57,290 nt of DNA, from assembly GCA_030066715.1 (NCBI GenBank), contig JASJBC010000005.1, positions 1 to 57,290 on the forward strand, given 5' to 3'. The notes beneath the pieces were generated by a model. The model was not told where the DNA came from, made no database searches, and was given only the letters and a program-made list of their open reading frames with translations. Source of the DNA: Acidimicrobiia bacterium. GTDB taxonomy: Bacteria; Actinomycetota; Acidimicrobiia; Spongiisociales; UBA5794. The translations under genes were made by a program, and so were the position numbers. The stretch's first letter is position 1. Every line of letters starts with the position of its first letter. Positions 48,147 to 57,290 of the stretch are shown here, piece after piece.

Positions 48147-49079
48147 ATGGCTTTGGAATACCCAGCGGTCCACGAGGGTCCGCCCGAGGTCGACATCACC
48201 GTTGTGTTGCCGGTCTACAACGAGGTCGGTCACCTCGAGGAAGAGGTCGAGCGCACCCGCACCGCCCTCGACGCCTCCGACTACACCTACGAGATCATCG
48301 CGATCGACGATGGCTCGACCGACGGCTCGACCGAGCTGCTGGAGAAGATCGACGGGATCCGTGTCTTCTCCTTCGTCCACAACCGCGGTTCCGGGTCGTC
48401 TCGGAAGTACGGAACCCTCGCCGCCCGGGGGCGCTACGTCGTCTGGACCGACGCCGACATGACTTACCCCAACGACGAGATCCCGCAGCTCGTCGACCAG
48501 ATCGAGGGCTACGACCAGGTCGTCGGGGCCCGGCGCACAGAAGAGGGGACCGTCAAGATCCTGCGCAAGCCGGCCAAGTGGTTCATCCGGAAGCTCGCCA
48601 GCTACCTCACCGGAGTCAAGATCCCCGACCTGAACTCCGGGCTGCGCGCCATGCGCATCGAGGTCGCACGCCAGTTCGTGCATCTCCTGCCGCGCGGATT
48701 CTCCTGTGTGACGACGATCACGATGGCGTTCCTGTCCAACGGCTACTCGGTGAAGTACGTGCCGATCGACTACGCCAAGAGAGCCGGCAAATCGAAGTTC
48801 CACTGGTGGGCGGATACCCGACGCTATCTGATGCAGGTGATCAGGATGGTCCTGTCGTGGAACCCGCTGAAGATCCTCATGCCCCCGGCCGGTCTGCTCT
48901 TCCTCGCCGGCTTTGGCAAGGTGATCTACGACATATTCGACAAGGACTGGCGGATGGGCACCAACACCATCGTCATCCTGGGTGCTGCGTTCTCGCTGAT
49001 GTTGCTCGGCATGGTTGCCGACCTCATGGTGCAACTGAACAAGCAGCGCTACAACATCATCCCGGCGACACGTCGCTAG
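48147..49079 (+). CDS. GT2 glycosyltransferase (polyprenol-phosphate glycosyltransferase-like) with 2 C-terminal TM
   Basis: VVLPVYNE, IDDGSTD, WTDADMTY, VVGARR and DLNSGLRA. AAGGAG SD. Confidence 0.9.
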   Translation: MALEYPAVHEGPPEVDITVVLPVYNEVGHLEEEVERTRTALDASDYTYEIIAIDDGSTDGSTELLEKIDGIRVFSFVHNRGSGSSRKYGTLAARGRYVVWTDADMTYPNDEIPQLVDQIEGYDQVVGARRTEEGTVKILRKPAKWFIRKLASYLTGVKIPDLNSGLRAMRIEVARQFVHLLPRGFSCVTTITMAFLSNGYSVKYVPIDYAKRAGKSKFHWWADTRRYLMQVIRMVLSWNPLKILMPPAGLLFLAGFGKVIYDIFDKDWRMGTNTIVILGAAFSLMLLGMVADLMVQLNKQRYNIIPATRR

Positions 49080-50287
49080 CGCAGCGAGTCGAACAACTCG
49101 GCGAAAGCGGCCGCCGACGCCTGCCGTGTGTATGTGCCGGTGACGAGATCCTTGCCACCCGCCACCAGCTGCGACCTGAGGGTTGGGTTGGTGTGGAGAC
49201 GCAGAATCGCCGCCGCGAGCTGATCTGGTGACCCCTCGGCCACGAGCAGCCCCGTGCGCTCGTTGCGCACGATAACGGGAATGCCTCCGGTTCGGGTGGC
49301 GACGACGGGTGTGCCCGCCATCATCGCCTCGAGGAAGACGAGACCCAGGCCTTCCTCCCATCCGCTTGCGGAGCGTTTCGACGGGCCGGCGAACACGTCG
49401 GCGGCGGCCATGTACGCCGGCACCTCGGCGGGGTCGACCCATCCGGTGAACACGACCGAGTCGCCGAGACCGAGGTCCTCGCTCAAGGCCACGAATGCCG
49501 ACTCGTCTTGACCGGATCCCACGACGAGCAGCTTGGCCGCAGGCGCGGCGTTGCGAACGACCGGCATGGCTTCGATCAAGTCGGCAACGCCCTTCTCCGC
49601 AACGAGGCGGCCGACAAAGACGACGAGGGGGCCGGCTCCCACCCGATGCCGGTGGCGGATCGCATCAACCTGGCCGGCGTCCGCCGCTCGTGACTCGACG
49701 CCCATCGGGATCTTGGCGATGGTGGCGGTCGGCTCGATTGCCCTGGTTGCCGCCGCCGTTGCGGTGGAGTTGACGGTGACGACCCTGGCACGTTTGATCG
49801 CCCACCGCTTGAAGCGGCCCAGCGTCGAACCCCGGAGATCGAAGACATCGCCGCCATGCACGGTTGCCACCATCGGGGTACGGGTCAGACGGCCGGCGAC
49901 GGCGCCCACAAAACCTTGTGGCAGCAGCCAGTGGGCGTTGACGATGTCGTAGCGCCCCCGAAGCAATCGCCACGTCGTGACGGCCATTTCGGCGAGAACC
50001 AGTGCCGGCACCTTGAGCCAGTTGGAGCGGCGCTCGCGCAGGTTGATCAGTGCGCCGCCTCCGTAGCACACCGTCTGCTGGGACTCGGGGAGGAGGTAGC
50101 GGAACCGGCGGACATCGATTCCGTTCATGGTCTCCCGTCGTTTGGCGCCTGGGGCGTGCGGGGCGAGGACATCGACCTGCCATCCCTCCTTCTGCAGATC
50201 CACGGCGAGGTTGAGCACAAATGGCGTGGTGGCGTCACCGGGCCAGCGGGGGAAGTTCGACGTGATGAGCAGTACTCGTTTGGTCAT
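49076..50287 (-). CDS. GT4 glycosyltransferase
   Basis: NAHWLLPQG, TVHGGD, FVGRLVAEKG and EGLGLVFLEAMMAGTPVV. Confidence 0.92.
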   Translation of the reverse strand: MTKRVLLITSNFPRWPGDATTPFVLNLAVDLQKEGWQVDVLAPHAPGAKRRETMNGIDVRRFRYLLPESQQTVCYGGGALINLRERRSNWLKVPALVLAEMAVTTWRLLRGRYDIVNAHWLLPQGFVGAVAGRLTRTPMVATVHGGDVFDLRGSTLGRFKRWAIKRARVVTVNSTATAAATRAIEPTATIAKIPMGVESRAADAGQVDAIRHRHRVGAGPLVVFVGRLVAEKGVADLIEAMPVVRNAAPAAKLLVVGSGQDESAFVALSEDLGLGDSVVFTGWVDPAEVPAYMAAADVFAGPSKRSASGWEEGLGLVFLEAMMAGTPVVATRTGGIPVIVRNERTGLLVAEGSPDQLAAAILRLHTNPTLRSQLVAGGKDLVTGTYTRQASAAAFAELFDSLR

Positions 50288-50342
50288 GAGGTTCCGTTGT
50301 TGCCACATCGGGCTGGCGGCCGCCCGGGGTTAACCTATCGCA

Positions 50343-51572
50343 ATGCAGCGGCTTGCCGACACCTTTCGTGATCTCAGCCGGCTGCGACTATTCGGGGTTG
50401 TTGCTCTGCCCCTGCTCGGGCTCTATCTGCTGACCGCGAGCTGGACCCTCCCGTATCACATCGACACGGCGACAAACGTGTTCACGGCCTGGGAGTTGGG
50501 GACCGACGGCGATGTGTTCCTCGAGGACCATGAGGTTCTCGTCTCCCCGGAGTACGTGCGGACTATCGCCTGGATCGTGCCGGCCAAGGAGTCGGTTGCC
50601 GCGCAATACCCGCCGGGCGCCCCCGCACTGGCGGCTCCGCTCTACGCGGTCTGGCCGGTCGAGGCGCAGCGCATCGAGGTGTACAACGAGGCGGCTCCCG
50701 ACGTAGCCCCGGTCGAGATTCTGATGCCACCACTTGGTCCGGCCGCGATCACGTCCGCGGTTGTCGCTGCCACCGTCGCCGGACTCCTTGCCGTTGCTTT
50801 CAGCAAGCTCACGGACACTCGCACGGCGGCGATCGGGGCGTATGTTGCGGGATTGGGCACCGGTCTGTGGTCCGTGGCAGCCGACTCGTTGTGGCAGCAC
50901 GGCCCCGCCATGCTGTGGATCGTGACCGGCACCCTGCTTTCCGCCTCCCACCGCTGGCTGGCCGGCCTGGGGTTTGGGGCCGCAGTGCTGACCCGTCCCC
51001 ACACCGCCGTCATCGCCGCCGCCAACGGACTCACCCAGGCCTGGCAGCGGCGCTCCCTCCGGCCGGCCGTCGAGATCGGCGTCGGATCTGCGCTCGGCCT
51101 GGCAGCCCTCATCGGGTTCAACGCCCTCGTCTTCGGATCCCCCTCCATCACCGGCGGCTATTCGGATTCCTTTGCCACCAACGCCACCAGCGCCGAGGTC
51201 TCGGGTTTCTTTCGCAACATCATCCTCGCCCTCGTGCACCCCACACGGGGGCTGCTGGTCTACTCGCCATTCCTGATCCTGCTGATCCCCGGCATCCCGG
51301 CGGCGTGGCGCAAGGCGCCCTCCTGGGTTCGGGGCTCGGCCCTCGGTGGAGTGCTCTACCTGCTGGTTCAGCTGAAGGCCAACCGCTACTCGGGGGGCGA
51401 TAGCTTCTGGGGCTACCGGTACCCGCTCGAGATGCTGGCGGCCGCAGCCCCGTTTCTCCTGCTCTGCTACACCGAGTGGGTCCGCAGGCAATCTGACCTG
51501 CTGCGCCGGGTGTTCATCTACCTCGTGGTCGCCTCCGTCGTCCTCACGGCGGCCGGGGCCGTCTACTTCTGA
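50343..51572 (+). CDS. Polytopic membrane protein, GT-C-like glycosyltransferase
   Basis: Many TM segments, acidic first loop (YHIDT), SLWQHGP, VLTRP, RGLLVYSP and WGYRYPLE. Sits among GT genes. Confidence 0.7.
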   Translation: MQRLADTFRDLSRLRLFGVVALPLLGLYLLTASWTLPYHIDTATNVFTAWELGTDGDVFLEDHEVLVSPEYVRTIAWIVPAKESVAAQYPPGAPALAAPLYAVWPVEAQRIEVYNEAAPDVAPVEILMPPLGPAAITSAVVAATVAGLLAVAFSKLTDTRTAAIGAYVAGLGTGLWSVAADSLWQHGPAMLWIVTGTLLSASHRWLAGLGFGAAVLTRPHTAVIAAANGLTQAWQRRSLRPAVEIGVGSALGLAALIGFNALVFGSPSITGGYSDSFATNATSAEVSGFFRNIILALVHPTRGLLVYSPFLILLIPGIPAAWRKAPSWVRGSALGGVLYLLVQLKANRYSGGDSFWGYRYPLEMLAAAAPFLLLCYTEWVRRQSDLLRRVFIYLVVASVVLTAAGAVYF

Positions 51573-51602
51573 CCGCACCACAAACCCGGGTAGCCTGAGG
51601 CC

Positions 51603-53024
51603 ATGACGCTTGTCGACGACCTGCGGGCAATCCTCGGCTCGGATCGAGTCCACTCCCATCCGCTCGAACTCCTCGTCTACAACAAGGATGCCGGGGTCAC
51701 CACAGGTGAGGTCGTGGCCGCAGTACTCCCGGAGACCACCCAGGAAGTAGCTGCGTGTGTCCGCGTCGCTGCTCGCCACGGGGTCCCGGTTGTCGCCAGG
51801 GGCGCCGGGACGGGCCTGGCGGGAGGGGCAGTGCCGACGGAACCCGCGCTCCTCATCGTGCTGACCCGGATCAACGAGATCTGGGACGTGGATACCGTGG
51901 CAAGAACCGCTTGGGTCGGGCCGGGGGTCATCAACCTGGATCTGTCCCGGCACACGGAACCGCTCGGTCTGCACTATGCCCCCGACCCGTCGTCCCAGGC
52001 AGCCTGCACCATCGGAGGCAACGTCGGCGCCAATGCGGGCGGCCCCCACTGCTTGGCGGAGGGGACGACGGTTGCTCACATCCTCGCCGTCGAGATGGTG
52101 ACCGCGGACGGCGATGTGGTTGTGCTCGGCGGTAAGGCCCCCGATCCTCCGGGTCTCGATCTGCGCGGTGTCGTCGTCGGCTCGGAGGGCACGCTCGGCA
52201 TCGTCACCGGGGTCTTGGTCAAGCTGACGCAGAACGCGCCCGCCGTGCGCACGCTGTTGCTGACGTTTGACAGCATTCAGGAGGCTGCCGGCACCGTCTC
52301 TGCGATCGTGGCTGCTGGCATAATCCCGGCGGCGCTGGAGATGATGGACCGTCCCATGGTTGTTGCGGTCGAGGCGTTCATCAACGCCGGTCTCCCGGTC
52401 GATGCGGAGGCGGTTCTCCTCGCCGAGGTGGTGGGTCTCGAAGCGGGCGTTGCCGCGGAGTCGCAGACCATCGAGCGAATCGCCGGCGAGCAGGGAGCCA
52501 CCTCGGTGCGGATCGCCGCCGACGATGCCGAACGTGCGCTGCTGTGGAAAGCCCGCAAGAGCGCGTTTGGTGCGGTCGCCCAGGCGGCCCCCGACTACTA
52601 CCTGCATGACACGGTCGTACCGCGCACGGCCCTCGTCGATGTAATCACCGAGGTGTACGCAATCGGCGAGCGCTACGACGTTCAGATGCTCAACGTCTTC
52701 CACGCCGGCGACGGCAACCTCCACCCGCTGGTTGCCTACGACAGCCGGGAGCCCGGCAAGACGGAGCAGGTGCGAGCGGCCGCCGAGGAGATGGTGCGTG
52801 TGTCCGTGGCGGCCGGTGGCTCGCTGACGGGGGAGCACGGTGTCGGGCTCGAAAAGCGCGACCTCATGCCGCTCGTCTTCGCTCCGGTCGATCTCGACGC
52901 CCAAGCCCGGCTCCGGGAGGCTTTTGACCCGGAGGGACTGCTCAACCCCGGAAAGATCCTGCCGCGGGGTTCGCGGTGCTACGACTACGGCCTGACGGCG
53001 CTTCCCGGGGAGGCGGCACCATGA
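51603..53024 (+). CDS. glcD: Glycolate oxidase FAD subunit GlcD-like
   Basis: RGAGTGLAGG, APDPSSQAACTIGGN, GSEGTLG, HAGDGNLHP, TGEHGVG and LNPGK. Confidence 0.88.
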   Translation: MTLVDDLRAILGSDRVHSHPLELLVYNKDAGVTTGEVVAAVLPETTQEVAACVRVAARHGVPVVARGAGTGLAGGAVPTEPALLIVLTRINEIWDVDTVARTAWVGPGVINLDLSRHTEPLGLHYAPDPSSQAACTIGGNVGANAGGPHCLAEGTTVAHILAVEMVTADGDVVVLGGKAPDPPGLDLRGVVVGSEGTLGIVTGVLVKLTQNAPAVRTLLLTFDSIQEAAGTVSAIVAAGIIPAALEMMDRPMVVAVEAFINAGLPVDAEAVLLAEVVGLEAGVAAESQTIERIAGEQGATSVRIAADDAERALLWKARKSAFGAVAQAAPDYYLHDTVVPRTALVDVITEVYAIGERYDVQMLNVFHAGDGNLHPLVAYDSREPGKTEQVRAAAEEMVRVSVAAGGSLTGEHGVGLEKRDLMPLVFAPVDLDAQARLREAFDPEGLLNPGKILPRGSRCYDYGLTALPGEAAP

Positions 53025-54133
53025 TGCTGCGCCAGGAACTCGCCAGGCTCGCCCGGGGACTCATCGCCGATCCCATCGCCGGCGCTCCGGAGGTGGAGAT
53101 CACCGTGGTCCCGAAGTCGTACGAGGATGCCGCCGCAGTGCTCGAGTTCGCCGCGACGAACGGGCTGCGGGTGATGTTCTGGGCAGGTGGCAACCACCAG
53201 GACATCGGCAATCAGGTCGATCCCGACATCGTGATGAGCACTGCCGGGCTCAACAGGATCGTCGCCTGGCAGGTGGAGGACATGACCGTGGTCGTCCAGC
53301 CCGGGGTGACGGTTGCGGAACTCGAAGCCAGCCTCCAGCAGAAGAACCAGACTGCGGTTCTTCCGGAGGCGCCCGGGACCGAGACCGTCGGCGGTGTGGT
53401 CGCCGCCGGGCTGTCCGGCTGGCGGCGGCTGCGCTACGGGCCGACGCGAGATCGGATGCTGGAGGTCCGGCTCGTCACCGGAGACGGCCGGCTGGTGCGC
53501 GGGGGAGGCCGGTTGGTGAAGAACGTGACCGGCTACGACTTGCCCCGCCTCGTCACCGGCTCGCTGGGGTCGCTCGGATTGATCGCAGAGATGTGTCTCA
53601 AACTGTGGCCGCTTCCCGAGGCGCAGGCAACGGTGCGGGTCGACGATCCCGACCGAGCCCTGGCAACTGCCTATCGACCGCTGGCCCTGATTGCGACCCC
53701 ACACGGCACGCATGCCTACCTCGCTGGCACCCATGCAGAGGTCGAAGCACAGTGTGCGTCCCTCGGCGGTGAGGCTGGGGAAGGGCACCGGTGGCCGGAG
53801 CCGATGGTCGGGTCGCACGAGTTGGCGCTTCGTGTGCCTGCCGGGGACGTGACGGCGCAACTGCGTCTCCTTGCCGACCTCGGATGCGACTACCAGGCCG
53901 CCTATGGGGTGGGCGAGGTGAAGCTCGTTGCGGACGGTGTGACGTTGGACGACCTGGGTACGTTGCGTGACGCCGCCGAGAGCGCAGGGGGGTCGCTGAC
54001 GACAATCCGTGGCAAGTCAGATTTCGACCCGTGGGGCACGCCGCCGTCGTCGGTCGAGCTACAGAGGAGGGTCAAGGCGGCATTCGACCCGCGCCGCATA
54101 GCCAATCCCGGAATCCTGCCAGGAGGTGTGTGA
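53021..54133 (+). CDS. glcE: Glycolate oxidase FAD-binding subunit GlcE-like
   Basis: TVGGVVAAGLSG, RLRYG..RD, GGRLVKNVTGYDLPRL and VKAAFDP..NPG. Confidence 0.85.
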   Translation: MMLRQELARLARGLIADPIAGAPEVEITVVPKSYEDAAAVLEFAATNGLRVMFWAGGNHQDIGNQVDPDIVMSTAGLNRIVAWQVEDMTVVVQPGVTVAELEASLQQKNQTAVLPEAPGTETVGGVVAAGLSGWRRLRYGPTRDRMLEVRLVTGDGRLVRGGGRLVKNVTGYDLPRLVTGSLGSLGLIAEMCLKLWPLPEAQATVRVDDPDRALATAYRPLALIATPHGTHAYLAGTHAEVEAQCASLGGEAGEGHRWPEPMVGSHELALRVPAGDVTAQLRLLADLGCDYQAAYGVGEVKLVADGVTLDDLGTLRDAAESAGGSLTTIRGKSDFDPWGTPPSSVELQRRVKAAFDPRRIANPGILPGGV

Positions 54134-55326
54134 TGGGGCCGACACAGGCACAACTCGATACCTGTGTGACGTGTGGGTTGTGTCTGCCGCACTGTCCTAC
54201 CTTCCGGTTGACCGGAGACGAGGTGGCCTCGCCGCGGGGTCGCATCGTGGCGATGGCTGCAATCGCCACTGGCGAGCTTCCCAGTGACGAGACCTATGCC
54301 GGCATGATGTCGTTCTGCCTGGGGTGCCGGGCCTGCGAGGCAGCCTGTCCGTCGCTGATCCCATTTGGTTTGATGATGGAGGGAGCTCGGGAGCAGCTGG
54401 CCGAGGATCAACCATCGTTCACTGGGAGGTTGCGCCGGCTGTTGGTCGGTCGTCTGCTCAATGTGAAGTGGCTGCTCGCCCTTGCCACCAGCGGAATCGG
54501 CATCCTCCAGAAGCTTCGCATCACCCGGTTCCTGCCGAGGAAGCTCCGCATTGCCCGAGGTCTGCGCCCGCTGCGAGTCTTCCCGCACACTGTGGTCGGT
54601 GTCCACGACAACACCCCGGCGGAGCCGGCGGGCTCAGTCGCCCTGCTTGCCGGGTGCATCATGGACGAGTGGTTTCCGGCGGTCCACGATGCGACGCGCG
54701 GGGTGCTGCAAATGGCGGGCTTCCAGGTGCACAGCCCGGAGCGGCAGCAGTGTTGTGGCGCCCTGGCAGCACATGAGGGAGCAGGAGATGCGGCCCGGCG
54801 GATGGCGAAGCAGAACACGGCAGCCTTTGCGGGATACGACTACATCATCAGCGATGCGGCCGGCTGCTCCGCCCACCTGAAGGAGTACGCCGAGTGGGCA
54901 GAAGGCGGGGAATCCGTTGCCGGCCGGACCAAAGACGTCACTGAGTTCGTCGCTGAGTTGATCGCAGACGGGCGACTTCCCCGCGCAGAGAAGCCGAACG
55001 GTGCCGTAGCCATCCAGGATCCGTGTCATCTTCGTCATGCGCAACGGATCACATCTGCCCCGCGGGAGATCGTGCGTGCTGCGGGCTACACGCCGGTCGA
55101 GATCGACCCCGACGGGCTGTGCTGCGGTGCCGCCGGGCTGTACATGGTGTACGAGCACGAGACCGCCGAGCAGCTCGGCGAGCAGAAAGTCGAGCAGATC
55201 GCAGCGACGGGGCTCGACACGGTGGTAACCGCAAACCCCGGCTGCGAGATCCAGCTGCGGGGCCACCTCGGCAACGGCTATCGGGTGCTACATCCGATCG
55301 AGCTCTACTGGGAGAGCCTCAGCTAG
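54133..55326 (+). CDS. glcF: Glycolate oxidase Fe-S subunit GlcF-like
   Basis: CVTCGLCLPHCP, CLGCRACEAACP, two CCG motifs, DPCHL and ANPGC. Confidence 0.88.
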   Translation: MGPTQAQLDTCVTCGLCLPHCPTFRLTGDEVASPRGRIVAMAAIATGELPSDETYAGMMSFCLGCRACEAACPSLIPFGLMMEGAREQLAEDQPSFTGRLRRLLVGRLLNVKWLLALATSGIGILQKLRITRFLPRKLRIARGLRPLRVFPHTVVGVHDNTPAEPAGSVALLAGCIMDEWFPAVHDATRGVLQMAGFQVHSPERQQCCGALAAHEGAGDAARRMAKQNTAAFAGYDYIISDAAGCSAHLKEYAEWAEGGESVAGRTKDVTEFVAELIADGRLPRAEKPNGAVAIQDPCHLRHAQRITSAPREIVRAAGYTPVEIDPDGLCCGAAGLYMVYEHETAEQLGEQKVEQIAATGLDTVVTANPGCEIQLRGHLGNGYRVLHPIELYWESLS

Positions 55327-56192
55327 AGGGCCAACTCGTAGATGTACATCGGGTGGATCTCGCACCCGGACCGCTCCATGGCTGCCACGAGCCAATCCAC
55401 AGCGGGCACGGTGATCCGCAGGTAGTCGGCATGGGTCTCGACGGCGAGATCGACTATCGACCGCACCATATCGTCGCTGTCATCGGGGCCGCACTCGAGC
55501 CAATCGGCGTACAGGGTGCCCTCGTCACGTCTCGTGACAACCCAACCGGCTCGTGAGCTCCACAATCGGCCCGCTTTGCCGGCGGCGATGAGATGGTGGT
55601 CCGTGAGCTGCCACCACCGCCAGCCATCTACGTGCAGCCCGCGAGCGGGGGCGACGAGCGGGCCGGAACGCCACGACACCCAGGCGGGTACGGCCTCCGA
55701 GGAATGAGCGACCTCCAGCCTTCTCTTGGCCTTGGCGCGCTGCCCGCCGTTGCCCGTTGTGGCCGGCTCGGAGTCTGCGATGGGCCGGGCTCCGACCACC
55801 CAGTCGCTGGAGCGCCGAAACCCGCTCTTCTCCACCTGACCCTGGGCAGCTTCGTTCCAACCCTCGGTGAGCAGCCGGGCGACCTTGGCGCCGCGCCCGG
55901 TCGCCCAGTCGATGAGAGCCCCGCCGATGGCGGAGGCGACTCCCCGGCGACGCCACGGTTCGCTGACACGGGCGCCCTGCAACCACATCTCGGACGCCGA
56001 CAGCATCTGACCCCGCCCGAGCCCGACGGCGATGTCATTGTTGTCGACGGCCACCATGACACAACCGTCGTCCGCATCGAGCCAATGCGGCAGCACATCC
56101 GAGATGTAGTCGCCCCATTCAAAGGTGTCGGTCGTGAACTCGGCGATGGCAGCGGCGTCCTCAGGCCGAGCGGGACGAATGGTCAGGTCCAT
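55323..56192 (-). CDS. GNAT family N-acetyltransferase
   Basis: WLQGARVSEPWRRRGVAS, N..AQGQVEKSGF. TAACCT 6 nt before the ATG. Confidence 0.85.
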   Translation of the reverse strand: MDLTIRPARPEDAAAIAEFTTDTFEWGDYISDVLPHWLDADDGCVMVAVDNNDIAVGLGRGQMLSASEMWLQGARVSEPWRRRGVASAIGGALIDWATGRGAKVARLLTEGWNEAAQGQVEKSGFRRSSDWVVGARPIADSEPATTGNGGQRAKAKRRLEVAHSSEAVPAWVSWRSGPLVAPARGLHVDGWRWWQLTDHHLIAAGKAGRLWSSRAGWVVTRRDEGTLYADWLECGPDDSDDMVRSIVDLAVETHADYLRITVPAVDWLVAAMERSGCEIHPMYIYELAL

Positions 56193-56274
56193 AGGGCGAG
56201 GTTAGGCCCGTTGTCGCCCGTGACGGTGGTCGAGCTGCGGAGCCGGGAACAGTCGACCGCTAGGCTGCGCGGCG

Positions 56275-57033
56275 ATGACGCCGAAGATCAGCATCGTTAC
56301 GGCCGCGTACAACGCCGAGCGGTACATCGCCGACACGATCGACAGCGTCACCTCGCAGTCCTATCGCAACTACGAGTACATCGTTGTTGACGGAGCTTCG
56401 AGTGATGCGACGATGGACATCGTTCGCGAGCGTGCCGATGGGATAGACCACATCGTCTCCGAGCCGGACGACGGCATCAGCGACGCCATGAACAAAGGCC
56501 TCGAGCTGGTCACGGGAGAGTACGTGCTCTTCCTGCATGCCGACGACTACCTCGTGGGGCCAAGTGCATTGGAGGATGCAGCACCGCTGCTCGCAGAACC
56601 CATAGAGGCGTTCCGACTCTTCCATGAGCAGGAGGATGGCGAACTCGTGGCCCCGCGAATGCCACGGGAGGGTTGGCTGACCAACTTCAAGTGGGGCCTC
56701 TATCACCAGTCGGTGTTGTGCCGCACGAGCCTGTTGCGGGATCTGGGTGGCTTCGACACGTCGCTGCGAGTGTCCATGGACTACGACCTCTTCTTGCGTG
56801 CATACCGGCAGGGGGTACGGGCGGGGATTCACGATCTCCCGTTGTCTGTCATGCGCAGGACCGGTATCAGCTCGCAGCGGGACCGCGCCGCACTGCGCGA
56901 GCGCTTCCGCGAGGAGAAGCTGATTCACGAGCGTTACGCGGGCAATCTCGGCCGGCGCGCCATTTACACGGCGTACTGGATCGCGTATCCGATCTACCGG
57001 GGTTTCAACCCGTGGCGGGACTTCCGGGGCTGA
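56275..57033 (+). CDS. GT2 glycosyltransferase (WcaE-like)
   Basis: ISIVTAAYN, VDGASSD, SEPDDGISDAMNKG, FLHADD and MDYDLFLR. Confidence 0.92.
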   Translation: MTPKISIVTAAYNAERYIADTIDSVTSQSYRNYEYIVVDGASSDATMDIVRERADGIDHIVSEPDDGISDAMNKGLELVTGEYVLFLHADDYLVGPSALEDAAPLLAEPIEAFRLFHEQEDGELVAPRMPREGWLTNFKWGLYHQSVLCRTSLLRDLGGFDTSLRVSMDYDLFLRAYRQGVRAGIHDLPLSVMRRTGISSQRDRAALRERFREEKLIHERYAGNLGRRAIYTAYWIAYPIYRGFNPWRDFRG

Positions 57034-57052
57034 ATGCCGGGCCTGCTTCCGG

Positions 57053-57290
57053 CTACGACCGCTCGGCTCCGGTGAGTCGGGCAAAGAGCGCCTCGTACGC
57101 GTCCGTCATCCCATCCATCGAGAACCGCGCCAGGACCGTATCGCGCGCAGCCGCACCGATCGCAACTCGACGGTCAGGGTTTTCGCGCAGATAGCGGACC
57201 GCTTCGGCAAACGCATCGACGTCATCGACGGGACAGAGCATGCCGTTGGTTCCGTGTTCGATGATCTCCACCAGGGGGCCTGTCCGGCTG
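57053..57290 (-). CDS. GT4 glycosyltransferase, C-terminal part (5' end outside the window)
   Basis: EIIEHGTNGMLCP..D..AFAEAV..L...R..G..AR...RFS is a typical GT4 tail. Confidence 0.8.
   Translation of the reverse strand, partial: SRTGPLVEIIEHGTNGMLCPVDDVDAFAEAVRYLRENPDRRVAIGAAARDTVLARFSMDGMTDAYEALFARLTGAERS

Noticed and set aside
50388-52904. 838-aa antisense ORF and similar long shadow ORFs
   Set aside because: They mirror well-supported plus-strand genes, carry no motifs, and are expected from GC-rich codon usage.

Overview
High-GC, gene-dense chromosomal window whose gene families (MSMEG_4193-type phosphatase/DUF3090/SCO1664 cluster, AfsR/SARP regulator, F420-dependent DDN-family reductase, many Thr-rich lipoproteins, frequent leaderless starts) point to an actinobacterium, plausibly Acidimicrobiia (inference). 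About 50 CDSs can be supported: transporters (NhaP antiporter, HmuTUV-like importer, heterodimeric ABC exporter, MscS, two EamA proteins), cofactor genes (folB/folX-like, a folK-folE fusion, moaA), hydantoinase/oxoprolinase A+B, glcDEF and a glycosyltransferase cluster. I found no rRNA, tRNA, CRISPR array, integrase or transposase. The most interesting signals are: (1) a DUF559 nuclease gene directly downstream of an alternating array of structured palindromic repeats; (2) an ABC-F gene whose RBS is sequestered in a stem that begins immediately after a 3-codon uORF (MRK), a likely antibiotic-sensing attenuator; (3) a roughly 270-nt structured leader with a 17-aa uORF before the ABC exporter; (4) a two-gene locus encoding a 1005-aa multi-pass modular protein and a tandem SH3-like membrane protein; (5) a FolK-FolE fusion with a divergent HPPK domain; (6) a decaying accessory patch (21.35-26.2 kb) holding pseudogenes the ORF track misses. 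All family assignments come from reading motifs by eye; no searches or folding calculations were run.
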